A stretch of 64,000 bases of DNA from Thermodesulfovibrionales bacterium (GTDB lineage Bacteria > Nitrospirota > Thermodesulfovibrionia > Thermodesulfovibrionales > SM23-35), in the NCBI GenBank assembly GCA_963715195.1, contig CAVQRT010000006.1, positions 31,543-95,542 on the forward strand, in the 5' to 3' direction. The notes under the pieces are model-generated. The model ran no database searches, was not told the DNA's origin, and saw nothing but the letters and a program-made list of their open reading frames with translations. The position numbers and the translations under genes were made by a program. Numbering within the stretch: position 1 is the first letter of the stretch; every line of letters starts with the position of its first letter. Positions 1 to 11,360 of the stretch are shown here, one piece after another.

Positions 1-9
1 CTGATTTTT

Positions 10-972
10 TTACAGCCATCTGTGTATCCTGTACCAGTCTGCTGTCCATCGAATCCCTTCTTTCATTCCAACCCTCGGTGAAAATCCCAGTTCTTGCCGT
101 GCTTTGCCGGCATCACATATCCAGTGTGAATGCCTGAAGTCCTGCACCCTGTCCCTGTTGATAATTCCCTGTTTATTAAACTTTTCGCTTATTGCGGCAA
201 AAAACGGCATAGTGAACTTTGGAACTTTCACAGGCCTCGCTTTCACCTGCAAAACGGAGGAGATTTGCATAGCTATTTCCTCACCGGTATACACATTACC
301 ATCACACAGAAAATAGATTTTCCCGGCGGCTTCCCTGGTCTCCGCAGATAATAGTATACCCTGAACGAGGTCCTCAACATATAGCAAAGAATAATAACAT
401 TTTCCGAGATCAAAGAAGAAACCTTTTTTGATCATCTGAAACATCACCAGCATGTCCCTGTCCCGCGGTCCGTACACGGCAGGGGGTCTCAGGATAGTTA
501 CGGGGAGAATGTTTCTGTATTTCAATACAGCGTTTTCACCCTCGAGTTTGCTCTTGCCGTAGTTTGAAACAGGGGATGGTGATATGTCCTCGCGTACAGG
601 AATGTTGTCCCTGCCCGGACCGGCTGCGGCAAGGCTGCTGAGATAGATGAACCGTTTCACTGATGGGTTTCTCTCTGCAACTGTTTTTACGAGGTTTTCA
701 GTGCCCCTGGCATTGACAGAGAAAAAGTCATCAGGAGAACAGGATTTTGTCAAACCGGCAAGATGAAAGACATAATCAAAATCATCGGGAACCTCGAGGA
801 GAGATTCCCTGACCGTACAGTCGCCCTGAACGCATCTGATATTCAGGGTCTCGATCCATGACTGCTTGGCAGTATTCCTCGAGAGGCAGGTGACATTGTA
901 TCCCCGCCGGATCAGCTCTTCACATAAGTGACTTCCGATGAATCCGGTTGCGCCTGTTACAAGAGCCTTCAT
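10..972 (-). CDS. NAD-dependent epimerase/dehydratase (extended SDR)
   Basis: N-terminal TGATGFIG Rossmann motif, YGKSK (YxxxK) catalytic motif, RPPAVYGP. Confidence 0.9.
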   Translation of the reverse strand: MKALVTGATGFIGSHLCEELIRRGYNVTCLSRNTAKQSWIETLNIRCVQGDCTVRESLLEVPDDFDYVFHLAGLTKSCSPDDFFSVNARGTENLVKTVAERNPSVKRFIYLSSLAAAGPGRDNIPVREDISPSPVSNYGKSKLEGENAVLKYRNILPVTILRPPAVYGPRDRDMLVMFQMIKKGFFFDLGKCYYSLLYVEDLVQGILLSAETREAAGKIYFLCDGNVYTGEEIAMQISSVLQVKARPVKVPKFTMPFFAAISEKFNKQGIINRDRVQDFRHSHWICDAGKARQELGFSPRVGMKEGIRWTADWYRIHRWL

Positions 973-1037
973 ACCGCCGAACTCTTCCGCGTAATAAACA
1001 AAGACAGAGTTAAGTCACCATACTGTCAGCTCACCGG

Positions 1038-1880
1038 TCAATGGCTCATGGACTCGAGCCGGGCGATACGCTCCTCAATCGGGGGGTGCGTACTGAAGAG
1101 TTTGAGAAATCCACGGCCCGAGAATGGTTTGACAATGAACATATGGGACGTTGCAGGGTTTGCATGCATCGGTATTTGCTGGGATGCCATATGGAGCTTT
1201 CTCAGCGCACCTGAAAGGTATCGCGGGTTTCCGGCGATACCTGCGCCGACCGAATCAGCAGCATATTCCCGTGACCGTGAGATAGCCATCTGAATGATCA
1301 TGGCAGCGATTGGTCCGACAATCATCATGATGAAGGCGGCAATCGGGCTTCCACCTTCATCATCATCTCCCCGGTGACCGCCGAAAATCATCGCCCACTG
1401 TGCCATCTGCGCGAGATAACTGATTGCACCGGCGATTGTTGCGGCTATGGTGCTGATGAGAATGTCCCGGTTTTTAATATGCGCGAGCTCGTGACCGATA
1501 ACACCCTGCAGCTCCTCCCGGGTCAATATCCGCAGAATCCCGGTTGTGACGGCAACTGCCGCATGTTTCGGATTCCTCCCGGTGGCAAATGCATTCGGCT
1601 GTTCCTGATTCATGACATACACTTTGGGCATCGGCAGCCCGGCTTTTTGGACAAGACTTCTGACGATAGTATATAGGTCCGGGGCTTCTGCTTCTGTTAC
1701 CTGTTTTGCCCTGTACATTTTGAGGACGATCTTGTCACTGAACCAGTATGAGATTAAGTTCATTGCCAAAGCAATAATGAGCGCAATCGTCATGCCCTGT
1801 TTGCCGCCCAGCGCGCCGCCTGCCCAAACAAGCACGAGGGTTAATGTGACAAGCAAAAAAAGCGTTTTTATGTTATTCAT
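1038..1880 (-). CDS. htpX: Zinc metalloprotease HtpX (M48)
   Basis: PNAFATG, HELAH (HExxH), [15 protein letters not shown] motifs; AAGGAGG RBS upstream. Confidence 0.95.
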   Translation of the reverse strand: MNNIKTLFLLVTLTLVLVWAGGALGGKQGMTIALIIALAMNLISYWFSDKIVLKMYRAKQVTEAEAPDLYTIVRSLVQKAGLPMPKVYVMNQEQPNAFATGRNPKHAAVAVTTGILRILTREELQGVIGHELAHIKNRDILISTIAATIAGAISYLAQMAQWAMIFGGHRGDDDEGGSPIAAFIMMIVGPIAAMIIQMAISRSREYAADSVGAGIAGNPRYLSGALRKLHMASQQIPMHANPATSHMFIVKPFSGRGFLKLFSTHPPIEERIARLESMSH

Positions 1881-1947
1881 CCGGTATACCTCCTTCAGAT
1901 AACCTTCATACGTATGCTATCTGAAAAAAAATGAAAGATGCAAGTGG

Positions 1948-3030
1948 CTATTGAGAACCGTATGAATGAAGTCCGGAAAGCAGCAAGTTGACCCCGAGAT
2001 AGGTAAATATGACAGCCGTGAAACCGACAACCGCGACGATTGCTACCTTTTTCCCCCTCCACCCCCGTATCATCCTGGCATGCAGATAGAATGCATAGAT
2101 TAACCAGGTGATCAATGACCAGGTCTCCTTCGGATCCCAGCTCCAGTAAACGCCCCATGCCTGGTCAGCCCAGATGGCGCCGAAGATCAGACCGCCGAGC
2201 GTGAATATCGGAAACCCCACCGCAATACTTTTGTACGTAACCTCATCGAGCATATCAGGGGTAACATTGAATTTCGTTAAGACGGTTCTCAGAAGATAGC
2301 CATATCGCCAGACGATGAGAAGACCTGCAGCACCCAGAATATAGCTCACGATCTTAACCGCAGCAGACGGATGGAGAAATGAGGTCCTGAAGAGATAGTT
2401 ATGAATAAATATTTCAGGTCTTACCCTGACATGGAAGGTCAGGAAATCGAGCCCCATAGACACCAGGAGTAAAGCGAAGAGTCCAAGCGTAACTGTCCAG
2501 AAGATATACGAAGGCTCTGTCCGTTTTTCTGTTCTGAGGATCAGGTACATGATTCCGGTGCTGAAAGAGAGTGAAAAAGCGGCATATGCTATGAAACTCA
2601 TGGTGACATGGGCGAGAAGCCAGTTGCTCTTCAGGGCCGGGACGAGCGGCTGAATATCTTTTGAGACACCCGACAAATCGATAAATGCCAGTGCAAGCCC
2701 TGCAATAGGAGTGACAAATGCTCCAAAGGAGCGGTTCTTGAACCTGAACTCGATGATCAGATATCCCAGGATCAGACACCAAACAAAGAAAACCAGCGAC
2801 TCATACAGGTTGGTCATCGGTGCGGAACGGAGGAACCCCATGCCGCTCAAATCCGCGAACTCCTTCCATCGCAGGATGATGGCAAAGGTCTGCGAGACAA
2901 GTCCTGCAACGGTTATAGTGGTAGCCATGATGCCGATTTGGGATTTCCTGAATGCCAGGTAAGCGATATATGTCATCATGGCGGTAATATACGCCATGGT
3001 TGATAGTCCGAAAAAAAGGGAACTGTCCAT
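1948..3030 (-). CDS. ccsA: System II cytochrome c biogenesis protein CcsA/ResC
   Basis: WADQAWGVYWSWDPKETW (WWD domain), PALKSNWLLAH, C-terminal GLHSYG. Confidence 0.93.
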   Translation of the reverse strand: MDSSLFFGLSTMAYITAMMTYIAYLAFRKSQIGIMATTITVAGLVSQTFAIILRWKEFADLSGMGFLRSAPMTNLYESLVFFVWCLILGYLIIEFRFKNRSFGAFVTPIAGLALAFIDLSGVSKDIQPLVPALKSNWLLAHVTMSFIAYAAFSLSFSTGIMYLILRTEKRTEPSYIFWTVTLGLFALLLVSMGLDFLTFHVRVRPEIFIHNYLFRTSFLHPSAAVKIVSYILGAAGLLIVWRYGYLLRTVLTKFNVTPDMLDEVTYKSIAVGFPIFTLGGLIFGAIWADQAWGVYWSWDPKETWSLITWLIYAFYLHARMIRGWRGKKVAIVAVVGFTAVIFTYLGVNLLLSGLHSYGSQ

Positions 3031-4467
3031 CTATTTATCTCCTTCCTGCTGTTTTCCGAGGATCGAAACGATCTTGTCAACCCTGCGCTCCAAAGCAGAC
3101 CTGTTCTTATTGGTCGTCGCCCCGATCATTACCCTTGTCGTATTTTTCTCCTCAACCAATGTGACCCACAGCCTCGGGTGGCTCATGAAAAATGCGATGA
3201 ACAGGCCGATACTCATTGCAATGCACCCGAAGTATACAATCCACACCCCGGGATCTTTTCTGACCTGAAGGCCGGTAAATTCGACTCCCCAATAGTCAAG
3301 AAACTCAACTCTGCTGCCATTGGGAAGCTGCCATGTTTCCGGATGTCTTTTCAGCAGCCAGCCGGAAAACGTATTTTTTCCGCTTTCGGAAAATTCTATA
3401 AGAACCGCAGGATTATTCATCTGGTTCGCATACGTGACGGCATGTCCATGCTCATCGACCCTGAGCGCAGGACTGAAGTCGATAATTTTTGCGCTGATTC
3501 CGGTGCCCGGTATGTCAAACGAGTCGCCGAGCCTCGGATTGATTGTAGTGCTCTTCCCATCCTTTGAGACTGTGTTGAATATAAAGATTCCCTGGTTGAG
3601 ACTGCCGGGCACGATGCCGTAACTCGACTGGTAGAAGGTGATGCCCTCGTACGTGAGGGGATCATTAACCGTGATAGACTTTCTGAGAACCTCCCTGCCG
3701 TTTTTGAAAACAGTCAGCCAACTTCTGTATTCCTTCGGCATATCCGAATTGCCGTAAAAATCAACATGGAAAGTATCACAGCGTATTTCGAACCCAAACC
3801 GGATCTCCCTGCCATTGCCCGAAAAAGCGGCCGCTGAAACCGCCCCTTCGGGGAGATTCAGGTGTGCCTTGAATCCAAAACGGATTCCGATGAGGGCGCC
3901 AATTAGAATAAAGAGAATGCTGAAATGGGTAATAAAAACACCGAGCCTGCTGTATTTGCCCTGCTGGGCAAAGAATGAGTACCCTTGCTCTTCTTTTACC
4001 TCACCGGCATGGAACCCTGCCTTTCTGAGTGCAAACACAACGGAATCCTTGGCGGAATCGGGTTTGCCTCTGATCGTGAATTCCTTTCCGACGGCGAATT
4101 TCCTGATTTTTTCCGCGGGAAGGGGGCCGATCGGTTCATGGATGAGCTTCCATATTCTCGGTAATCTGTCGATGGAACAGATGATAAGATTGACGGAAAA
4201 CAGCACCAGGAAGCCGGTAAACCACCATGAATGATACATGTCCATGAACCCGAGTTTTTCAGAGATGGAAAAGAGTGTCGGCGCAAGAGATTCTCCGAAT
4301 AGCCTGGTCAGGATCTGAAGATTATTTGCCGGGTCGCCTCTCTGTTCAAGAATGGTTCCGATGATGGAAGTAATTGCGATGAGGGCAAAAATGACAATGG
4401 CAAGTTTTACAGATGCCAGGAAGTCCCATATTTTGTCGGCTATTGTCTTCTTTTTTTCCTGTTCCAA
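3031..4467 (-). CDS. resB: System II cytochrome c biogenesis protein ResB/Ccs1
   Basis: FLASVKLAI, YHSWWF, NLIICS, THFS, VNDPL..YQSSY, DPGVWIVY motifs; TTG start; adjacent to ccsA. Confidence 0.92.
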   Translation of the reverse strand: MEQEKKKTIADKIWDFLASVKLAIVIFALIAITSIIGTILEQRGDPANNLQILTRLFGESLAPTLFSISEKLGFMDMYHSWWFTGFLVLFSVNLIICSIDRLPRIWKLIHEPIGPLPAEKIRKFAVGKEFTIRGKPDSAKDSVVFALRKAGFHAGEVKEEQGYSFFAQQGKYSRLGVFITHFSILFILIGALIGIRFGFKAHLNLPEGAVSAAAFSGNGREIRFGFEIRCDTFHVDFYGNSDMPKEYRSWLTVFKNGREVLRKSITVNDPLTYEGITFYQSSYGIVPGSLNQGIFIFNTVSKDGKSTTINPRLGDSFDIPGTGISAKIIDFSPALRVDEHGHAVTYANQMNNPAVLIEFSESGKNTFSGWLLKRHPETWQLPNGSRVEFLDYWGVEFTGLQVRKDPGVWIVYFGCIAMSIGLFIAFFMSHPRLWVTLVEEKNTTRVMIGATTNKNRSALERRVDKIVSILGKQQEGDK

Positions 4468-4596
4468 GCGCAGAATCCTTTAAAGGCTTTAAAGATATTT
4501 ATTTTAAAATTATTAATTAAATAAGACAAGGAGTTTTCGTCTTATTGCTACAGAAATGCTTATCGTGTTACAATGAGCGATATTTTAAGGGTATAT

Positions 4597-6057
4597 ATGC
4601 TTGATGATCATATCAAGATAGGATTAACCTTTGATGACGTTCTCCTGATGCCTTCCAAGTCGGAAGTCCTCCCGAAGGAAGTTGATGTCAGTACACATCT
4701 TACAAAGAATATCAGAATTAACATCCCGATCGTCAGTGCTGCTATGGATACTGTCAGCGAATCGGACCTCGCAATAGCGATCGCGCGTGAAGGTGGCATA
4801 GGTTTTATTCACAGGGCTATGAGTCCGGAAAGACAGAAAACCGAGGTTGATAAGGTCAAAAAATCTGAAAGCGGAATGATTGTGGATCCTATTACCATCC
4901 CTCCTGATGCCCCCATATCCGAGGCCCTGGCCTTAATGCAAAAATACAGGATATCCGGAGTACCGGTAACGCAAAAGGGAAAACTGATCGGAATCATCAC
5001 AAACCGCGATCTGCGTTTTGAGACGCAGTTTTCCAAAAAAGTCTCTGCCGTGATGACGAAGGATAAACTCATTACTGCATCAGTGGGGACGGACCTTGAT
5101 AAGGCACAGCGGATTCTGCATAAATACAAAATCGAAAAACTTCCAATTGTGGACAAAGACAAAGTCCTGAAAGGGCTGATTACAATTAAGGATATTGAAA
5201 AGAGGAAGAAATATCCGAATGCCTGCAAGGACACGCTTGGGAGGCTCTGTGTGGGGGCTGCCATCGGCACCGGTGCGGATGCGCTCTCCAGGGCCGAAAT
5301 GCTTATCAAGGCGGGAGTTGATGTTATTGTCATAGATACCGCACATGGACACACGAATGCGGTGATCGAGACCCTGAAGGCGTTAAAGAGAAGATGTGAT
5401 ATCGATGTGATTGCCGGGAATATCGCAACTCCTGAAGCAGCTCTGGATCTTATCAAGGCAGGAGCAGACGGCATTAAGGTCGGTATCGGGCCTGGATCTA
5501 TTTGTACTACCCGCATTGTTGCGGGCGCCGGGGTGCCTCAGATTACCGCCATCAAGAGCTGTTATGATGTCGCGAAGCGATTTTCCGTCCCGGTTATAGC
5601 AGACGGCGGTATAAAGTACTCCGGAGACATTACGAAAGCACTCGCAGTAGGCGCCTATTCGGTAATGATCGGAAGTCTTTTTGCCGGAACGGATGAATCG
5701 CCCGGAGAAATTGTTCTCCTCCAGGGACGCAGCTATAAGGTTTACCGGGGTATGGGTTCCATCGGGGCAATGGAGCAGGGGGCGAAGGACAGGTATTTCC
5801 AGGCAGGAGTAACGTCATCGAAGCTGGTGCCCGAAGGAGTTGAAGGCAGAGTTCCCTATAAGGGTCCGCTGTCCCATAGCATTCATCAATTGATTGGAGG
5901 GTTATGCTCGGGAATGGGCTACTGCGGATGCAGAGACCTCGATACCCTCAGGAAGAAGGCTCGCCTGATCAGAATTACCAGTGCCGGCCTGAGAGAAAGC
6001 CATGTGCATGATGTAATCATTACAAAGGAAGCTCCAAATTACCGGCCCGAATGGTAG
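4597..6057 (+). CDS. guaB: IMP dehydrogenase
   Basis: [11 protein letters not shown] pair, [27 protein letters not shown] 4597 chosen over 4573 (RBS-like AAGGGT; TGTTACAAT extended -10 at 4566-4574). Confidence 0.97.
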   Translation: MLDDHIKIGLTFDDVLLMPSKSEVLPKEVDVSTHLTKNIRINIPIVSAAMDTVSESDLAIAIAREGGIGFIHRAMSPERQKTEVDKVKKSESGMIVDPITIPPDAPISEALALMQKYRISGVPVTQKGKLIGIITNRDLRFETQFSKKVSAVMTKDKLITASVGTDLDKAQRILHKYKIEKLPIVDKDKVLKGLITIKDIEKRKKYPNACKDTLGRLCVGAAIGTGADALSRAEMLIKAGVDVIVIDTAHGHTNAVIETLKALKRRCDIDVIAGNIATPEAALDLIKAGADGIKVGIGPGSICTTRIVAGAGVPQITAIKSCYDVAKRFSVPVIADGGIKYSGDITKALAVGAYSVMIGSLFAGTDESPGEIVLLQGRSYKVYRGMGSIGAMEQGAKDRYFQAGVTSSKLVPEGVEGRVPYKGPLSHSIHQLIGGLCSGMGYCGCRDLDTLRKKARLIRITSAGLRESHVHDVIITKEAPNYRPEW

Positions 6058-6129
6058 AACAGTAGGTAGTAGGTAGTATACGGCAAAAAGCAGACATCAC
6101 AAAGCCACTCAAGGACAGCTACAAAAATA

Positions 6130-7668
6130 ATGTACGAAAACAGAATCTTAGTTCTCGATTTCGGCTCTCAATATACGCAACTCATCGCACGGCGTGTCAG
6201 AGAAAACAAGGTCTATTCAGAGATATACCCGTATAACGCTCCTGTCGAGCGGATTGTGAATTTCCGTCCCAGGGGAATTATTCTTTCCGGGGGGCCATCA
6301 AGCATCTATGACCAGGGTGCTCCAATTCCTGACCTTAAGGTTTTTGAGCTTTCTATCCCTGTTTTGAGCATTTGTTACGGCATGCAGCTCATGGCTCACT
6401 GCCTTGGCGGAAAGGTTGCCAAGGCTCAGAAAAGGGAGTATGGCCAGGCAGAGCTCGTCATCGACCACAGGGCAGACATTTTCGATGGTATCCCTAAAAA
6501 AACCATTGTCTGGATGAGTCATGGCGACCGGATTGAACGAAGCCCTGTCCTTTTTCAACCAATTGCACATACCGTCAACTCCCCGATTGCCGCAATGGCG
6601 AACCGCCAGAGAAAATTGTACGCCCTGCAATTTCATCCCGAGGTTGTACATACCCCGCAGGGAAAGAAGATCATCAGAAATTTCGTGCTGAAGATTTGCG
6701 GCTGCAAGCCTGCCTGGACGATGGAGTCATTTATTGGGACGACGACGGATGAAATACGGCGGATGGTGGGAAAGAAAGAAGTCGTCTGCGGGGTCAGCGG
6801 GGGTGTGGATTCCACCGTTACTGCTGTGCTGGTGCATAAGGCGATAGGCAGGCAGCTTACCTGTATTTTTGTCGACAACGGCGTTCTCAGGGCGGGAGAG
6901 GCGACAAAAGTGGAAGAGACACTGAGAAGGAACTTCCATATGAACATTGACTGCGTGGATGCCTCAGAAAGATTCCTGAAAAAACTGAAGCATGTAACTG
7001 ACCCCGAGAAGAAGAGAAAGATCATCGGAAACGAGTTCATTCGGGTGTTTGAAGAGGAGGCGAAAAAAATCAAAGGTGTCGAATTTCTCGCCCAGGGTAC
7101 CCTGTACCCTGATGTCATCGAGAGCGTATCATTCAAAGGTCCGTCAGCAACCATAAAAAGCCATCATAACGTTGGCGGTCTCCTGAAGCGGATGAAACTG
7201 AAGCTCATCGAACCCCTGAGGGAACTGTTCAAAGATGAGGTTCGCGTGCTTGGAAAAGACCTGCTTATCCCTGATGAAATCATCAACCGTCACCCTTTCC
7301 CCGGTCCCGGTCTTGCAATCCGGATTATCGGTGCAGTGACGAAGGAACGATGCGATGTCCTGAGAAAGGCCGATAGGATTGTTCTTGAGGAAATAAAAGG
7401 CGCAGGCCTTTATCCGAAATTGTGGCAGGCCTTCGGGGTGCTCCTTCCTGTAAAGAGTGTCGGGGTCATGGGTGATGAGAGGACGTATGAGAATGTCATT
7501 GCAGTAAGAGCCGTAAACAGCCTTGACGGCATGACTGCCGACTGGGCACGAATCCCCTTCGAGGTGATGGGGGGGATTTCGAACCGGATCATCAATGAGG
7601 TGAGAGGCGTGAACAGAGTGGTTTATGATATCAGCTCAAAGCCGCCGAGCACAATCGAATGGGAATAA
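6130..7668 (+). CDS. guaA: GMP synthase (glutamine-hydrolysing)
   Basis: [44 protein letters not shown]. Confidence 0.98.
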   Translation: MYENRILVLDFGSQYTQLIARRVRENKVYSEIYPYNAPVERIVNFRPRGIILSGGPSSIYDQGAPIPDLKVFELSIPVLSICYGMQLMAHCLGGKVAKAQKREYGQAELVIDHRADIFDGIPKKTIVWMSHGDRIERSPVLFQPIAHTVNSPIAAMANRQRKLYALQFHPEVVHTPQGKKIIRNFVLKICGCKPAWTMESFIGTTTDEIRRMVGKKEVVCGVSGGVDSTVTAVLVHKAIGRQLTCIFVDNGVLRAGEATKVEETLRRNFHMNIDCVDASERFLKKLKHVTDPEKKRKIIGNEFIRVFEEEAKKIKGVEFLAQGTLYPDVIESVSFKGPSATIKSHHNVGGLLKRMKLKLIEPLRELFKDEVRVLGKDLLIPDEIINRHPFPGPGLAIRIIGAVTKERCDVLRKADRIVLEEIKGAGLYPKLWQAFGVLLPVKSVGVMGDERTYENVIAVRAVNSLDGMTADWARIPFEVMGGISNRIINEVRGVNRVVYDISSKPPSTIEWE

Positions 7669-7740
7669 TAACAATAGGTAGTAGGCTGTGGATAGGAGGC
7701 AGGATCCTGAATAATATCTGTAGAATCTAAGACTTTGAAA

Positions 7741-8700
7741 ATGGACATAAAGTCATATCTTGAAGAAAAACGCGGATTCATTAATGTGTATCTGAAAGCG
7801 TATTTTGCATCAACCATGTTACCTGACGCGCTTTATAAGTCGATAACATATTCCCTCTTTGCCGGAGGCAAGAGGATACGGCCGATTCTTGCTCTCGCCT
7901 CTTATGAAGCATGCGACGGACATGCACAGGACATCCTGCCGCAGGCTGCGGCCCTTGAACTTATTCATACCTATTCCCTTATCCATGACGACCTCCCTTC
8001 AATGGATGACGATGACCTGCGGCGTGGCCAGCCGACAAACCACAAGGTCTTTGGTGAGGCAATCGCCATTCTTTCAGGTGATGCACTCCTGACGGAGGCC
8101 TTTTTTATGATGTCGAATATGCAGTCTCACGATGCACGATCCACAATGCACGATACCGGTGAGGAATATCATAATCATCGTGAACATTCACCAAAATATT
8201 CCTCTCCTATAACCTGTCGCCTTTTATTAAGAGCTCTGAGTGAAGTTGCTTTTGCATCAGGTATTCGCGGCATGGTTGGGGGGCAGGCGCAGGATATCCT
8301 CGCAGAAAATTCTGAACCGGACAAGGAAACCCTCGATTTTATCCATCTGCACAAAACGGCGGCACTTATTGCTGCTTCTGTGCGTATCGGACCGATTCTC
8401 GCTGACAGCGGCACGGGGAGGCTTAACGCATTGACACGATACGGCGAAAGCATCGGGCTGGCCTTTCAGATCGTTGATGACCTGCTGGATGTCGAGGGTA
8501 CAACGCGGGAACTCGGGAAACCTGTCGGCTCAGACCGTAAAAAAAGAAAATTGACTTACCCGTCTCTTTACGGTATAGATGTCGCCAGGAAGAAGGCAGA
8601 AGATTGTCTGACGGAGGCACTGCATGCACTGAAGGAATTTTCATCGTCAGCGGATCCCCTGAGAGAGATTGCACATTATCTTGTCCTGAGGAGGCACTAA
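7741..8700 (+). CDS. ispA: Farnesyl/geranylgeranyl diphosphate synthase, with an internal insertion
   Basis: GGKRIRP, HDDLPSMDDDDLRRG (FARM), FQIVDDLLD (SARM); ispA-dxs-tlyA synteny. Confidence 0.93.
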   Translation: MDIKSYLEEKRGFINVYLKAYFASTMLPDALYKSITYSLFAGGKRIRPILALASYEACDGHAQDILPQAAALELIHTYSLIHDDLPSMDDDDLRRGQPTNHKVFGEAIAILSGDALLTEAFFMMSNMQSHDARSTMHDTGEEYHNHREHSPKYSSPITCRLLLRALSEVAFASGIRGMVGGQAQDILAENSEPDKETLDFIHLHKTAALIAASVRIGPILADSGTGRLNALTRYGESIGLAFQIVDDLLDVEGTTRELGKPVGSDRKKRKLTYPSLYGIDVARKKAEDCLTEALHALKEFSSSADPLREIAHYLVLRRH

Positions 8701-10583
8701 TGCATCTGGAGCAGATCACATCGCCGGAAGATATCAAGAGACTTTCCGTAAGGGAATTGAGACGACTTGCGCGGGAGATAAAGAATACGATCATAGAGCG
8801 TGTCTCCCTGAACGGCGGTCATCTGGCTTCAAACCTTGGTGTGATAGAACTGACCCTGGCACTTCATTATGTCTTTGATTCCCCTGACGATAAAATCATC
8901 TGGGATGTAGGACATCAGGCATATCCCCATAAGCTCTTGACCGGCCGGTACAGCCGTTTTTCGAGCATCAGGAAATATCGTGGCCTTTCCGGTTTTCCCA
9001 AGAGAAACGAAAGCGAACATGATCCGTTTGGAACCGGGCACAGTTCAACGTCGATATCTGCAGCACTGGGAATTCTTGAAGGCAGGGATAAGAACAATGA
9101 ACAGTTCAAGGTCATCGCCGTCATCGGCGACGGAGCAATGACAGGTGGCCTTGCTTTTGAGGGATTGAACAACGCAGGCCATGTCGGGAAGGATCTGATC
9201 GTAATTCTCAATGACAACGAAATGTCCATCTCGAAGAATGTCGGAGCGCTCCCTGCATATCTTAACAGGATGCTTACGGGTGATTTGTATCAGAAGATCA
9301 AGAAAGAGACGAAGTCGCGTCTTGAGAGTATTCCCAAGGTGGGTGGGAGAGCGGCGAAGTTGGCACAGAAGACGGAAGAAATGTTCAAGAGACTGTTTCT
9401 TCCCGGAATCATCTTTGAAGAACTGGGGTTTACCTATGTCGGTCCCGTTGACGGACATGATGTCGAACTGTTGATCAGAACATTGAAGCGCGTTCAAAAT
9501 GAATCGACACCGACGCTTGTGCACGTTATAACGAAAAAGGGCCGTGGGTACGAATTTTCCGAGAAATACCCTTCCCTCTACCACGGGGTTGGGCCGTTCA
9601 AACTCGAAACAGGGTCGCCGGTTCGAGCAAACCGCCTCACCTACAGTGAAATATTCGGGAATATCCTCACGGAGTTGGCAGAGCGTGATCCGAAAATTAT
9701 TGCGATTACCGCGGCCATGAAAGAAGGCACAGGTCTTGAACTATTTGCGAAAAGACATCCCGACCGGTTCTACGATGTCGGAATAGCCGAGCAGCATGCG
9801 GTCACTTTTGCCGCTGGTCTTGCAACGCAGGGGCAGAAACCTTTTGTTGCGATATATTCGACATTTCTCCAGAGAGCGTACGATCAGATTATTCATGACG
9901 TCTGTCTTCAGAATCTTCCGGTTATTTTCGCAATTGACAGGAGCGGGATTGTCGGGGAAGACGGGCCGACTCACCACGGCACATTCGATATCTCCTATCT
10001 GCGGCATATCCCGAACATTACCGTTATGGAACCGAAGAACGAAACCGAACTTGCAGCGATGATGGAACTGGCAGTCTCCTGTAAAGGCCCTGTTGCCATC
10101 CGTTACCCAAGGGGCACTGCAGAGTCTCTTCCTCAACATGCTCCGGCTCAGTGCCCGTTCAGGATCGGGGAAGCAGAGATTCTGAAGGAAGGAAAGGATG
10201 TTGCTCTCATTGCATTGGGGAGGACAGTATACGCAGCCCGGCGTGTTTCGGAGAAACTCGAAAAAGACGGTATTTCCGCAATGGTCATCAATGCACGTTT
10301 TGTAAAGCCTCTCGACCATACCCTGCTTTCTTCTGTTGTTTCCCTGGTTCCCCGGATAGTCACGATAGAAGAAAATGCCCTTCAGGGCGGATTCGGAAGC
10401 GCAATTCTCGAATTCCTGAATGAAATAGAAGCATCCCACATTCGGGTCAGACGTGTCGGCATACCGGATGTGTTTGTTGAGCAGGGTAATCAAAACGAAT
10501 TGCGACGGCAATACGGACTAGATGATGAAGGGATCTACCTTGCAGTCCATTCTTTCCTGACGGAACCGACCTATACCTATTGA
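8700..10583 (+). CDS. dxs: 1-deoxy-D-xylulose-5-phosphate synthase
   Basis: GGHLASNLG, WDVGHQAYPHK, GDGAMTGG, DVGIAEQHA, GEDGPTHHG; TAATG overlap with ispA stop. Confidence 0.97.
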   Translation: MHLEQITSPEDIKRLSVRELRRLAREIKNTIIERVSLNGGHLASNLGVIELTLALHYVFDSPDDKIIWDVGHQAYPHKLLTGRYSRFSSIRKYRGLSGFPKRNESEHDPFGTGHSSTSISAALGILEGRDKNNEQFKVIAVIGDGAMTGGLAFEGLNNAGHVGKDLIVILNDNEMSISKNVGALPAYLNRMLTGDLYQKIKKETKSRLESIPKVGGRAAKLAQKTEEMFKRLFLPGIIFEELGFTYVGPVDGHDVELLIRTLKRVQNESTPTLVHVITKKGRGYEFSEKYPSLYHGVGPFKLETGSPVRANRLTYSEIFGNILTELAERDPKIIAITAAMKEGTGLELFAKRHPDRFYDVGIAEQHAVTFAAGLATQGQKPFVAIYSTFLQRAYDQIIHDVCLQNLPVIFAIDRSGIVGEDGPTHHGTFDISYLRHIPNITVMEPKNETELAAMMELAVSCKGPVAIRYPRGTAESLPQHAPAQCPFRIGEAEILKEGKDVALIALGRTVYAARRVSEKLEKDGISAMVINARFVKPLDHTLLSSVVSLVPRIVTIEENALQGGFGSAILEFLNEIEASHIRVRRVGIPDVFVEQGNQNELRRQYGLDDEGIYLAVHSFLTEPTYTY

Positions 10584-11353
10584 AAGAACGTCTGGATAAG
10601 ATTCTTGTCTCAAGAGGCCTTGTGAAGAGCAGGGAGCTTGCGAGATCCCTTATTATAGAGGGCAGAATCTTTGTTGACGGCAGGAAGATTACCAAGGCGG
10701 GGACGCCGGTCAGCGATGTTTCTGAAATACTTCTGAGAGAAACTGGGGTGCCCTTTGTGAGCAGGGGAGGGTTGAAGCTCGATGCCGCGTTAGACTTTTT
10801 TGCCGTTGACGCGACGGACAAAGTTTTTATTGATGTCGGTTCCTCATCTGGTGGTTTTACTGACTGTCTTCTCAAAAGGGGTGCTCGAAAAATCTATTGC
10901 ATTGACGTCGGATACGGACAGCTCGCCTGGACATTGCGGCAGGATTCAAGAGTGGTACCGCTCGAGCGGACAAACATCAGGAATCTCGATGGTATGGTGC
11001 AGCAGAAAGATCCCAAAATAGAACGTGAAGTATTTGATGACCTGAAAATGAAAAGAGTGGACATGGCCGTCATCGATGTATCTTTTATTTCTCTTATACT
11101 AGTTGTTCCGGAAACGCTGAAATTCCTGAAAGAAACGGGTGAAGTGCTCGCCCTCGTGAAACCCCAGTTCGAGGTAGGCAAAGGAGAGGTAGGCAAAGGG
11201 GGAATCATAAGGGATGAAGACAAAAGATGGTCCGCGGTTAGAAGAGTTCGGGGTGAACTTGAAGCTGTCGGATTGCGAGCCGCAGGTGTTTTTGAGTCTC
11301 CCGTCCCGGGGCAGAAAGGCAATATCGAATATTTTCTGTATATGAAAAGGTAG
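10580..11353 (+). CDS. tlyA: TlyA family rRNA 2'-O-methyltransferase
   Basis: S4 domain KERLD, FVSRGGLKL, DVGYGQL, DVSFIS, LVKPQFE, GNIEY. Confidence 0.93.
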   Translation: MKERLDKILVSRGLVKSRELARSLIIEGRIFVDGRKITKAGTPVSDVSEILLRETGVPFVSRGGLKLDAALDFFAVDATDKVFIDVGSSSGGFTDCLLKRGARKIYCIDVGYGQLAWTLRQDSRVVPLERTNIRNLDGMVQQKDPKIEREVFDDLKMKRVDMAVIDVSFISLILVVPETLKFLKETGEVLALVKPQFEVGKGEVGKGGIIRDEDKRWSAVRRVRGELEAVGLRAAGVFESPVPGQKGNIEYFLYMKR

Positions 11354-11360
11354 GTGTACG

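Noticed and set aside
4809..10511. Long antisense ORFs such as 4809-5516, 6633-7154, 9045-9584 and 9741-10511
   Set aside because: Shadows of well-supported genes on the opposite strand with no recognisable motifs; the same applies to most short ORFs in the track
10980..11060. Short extra segments in TlyA (and in the MidA protein near 16850)
   Set aside because: No repeat or palindrome in the DNA; likely ordinary loop variation
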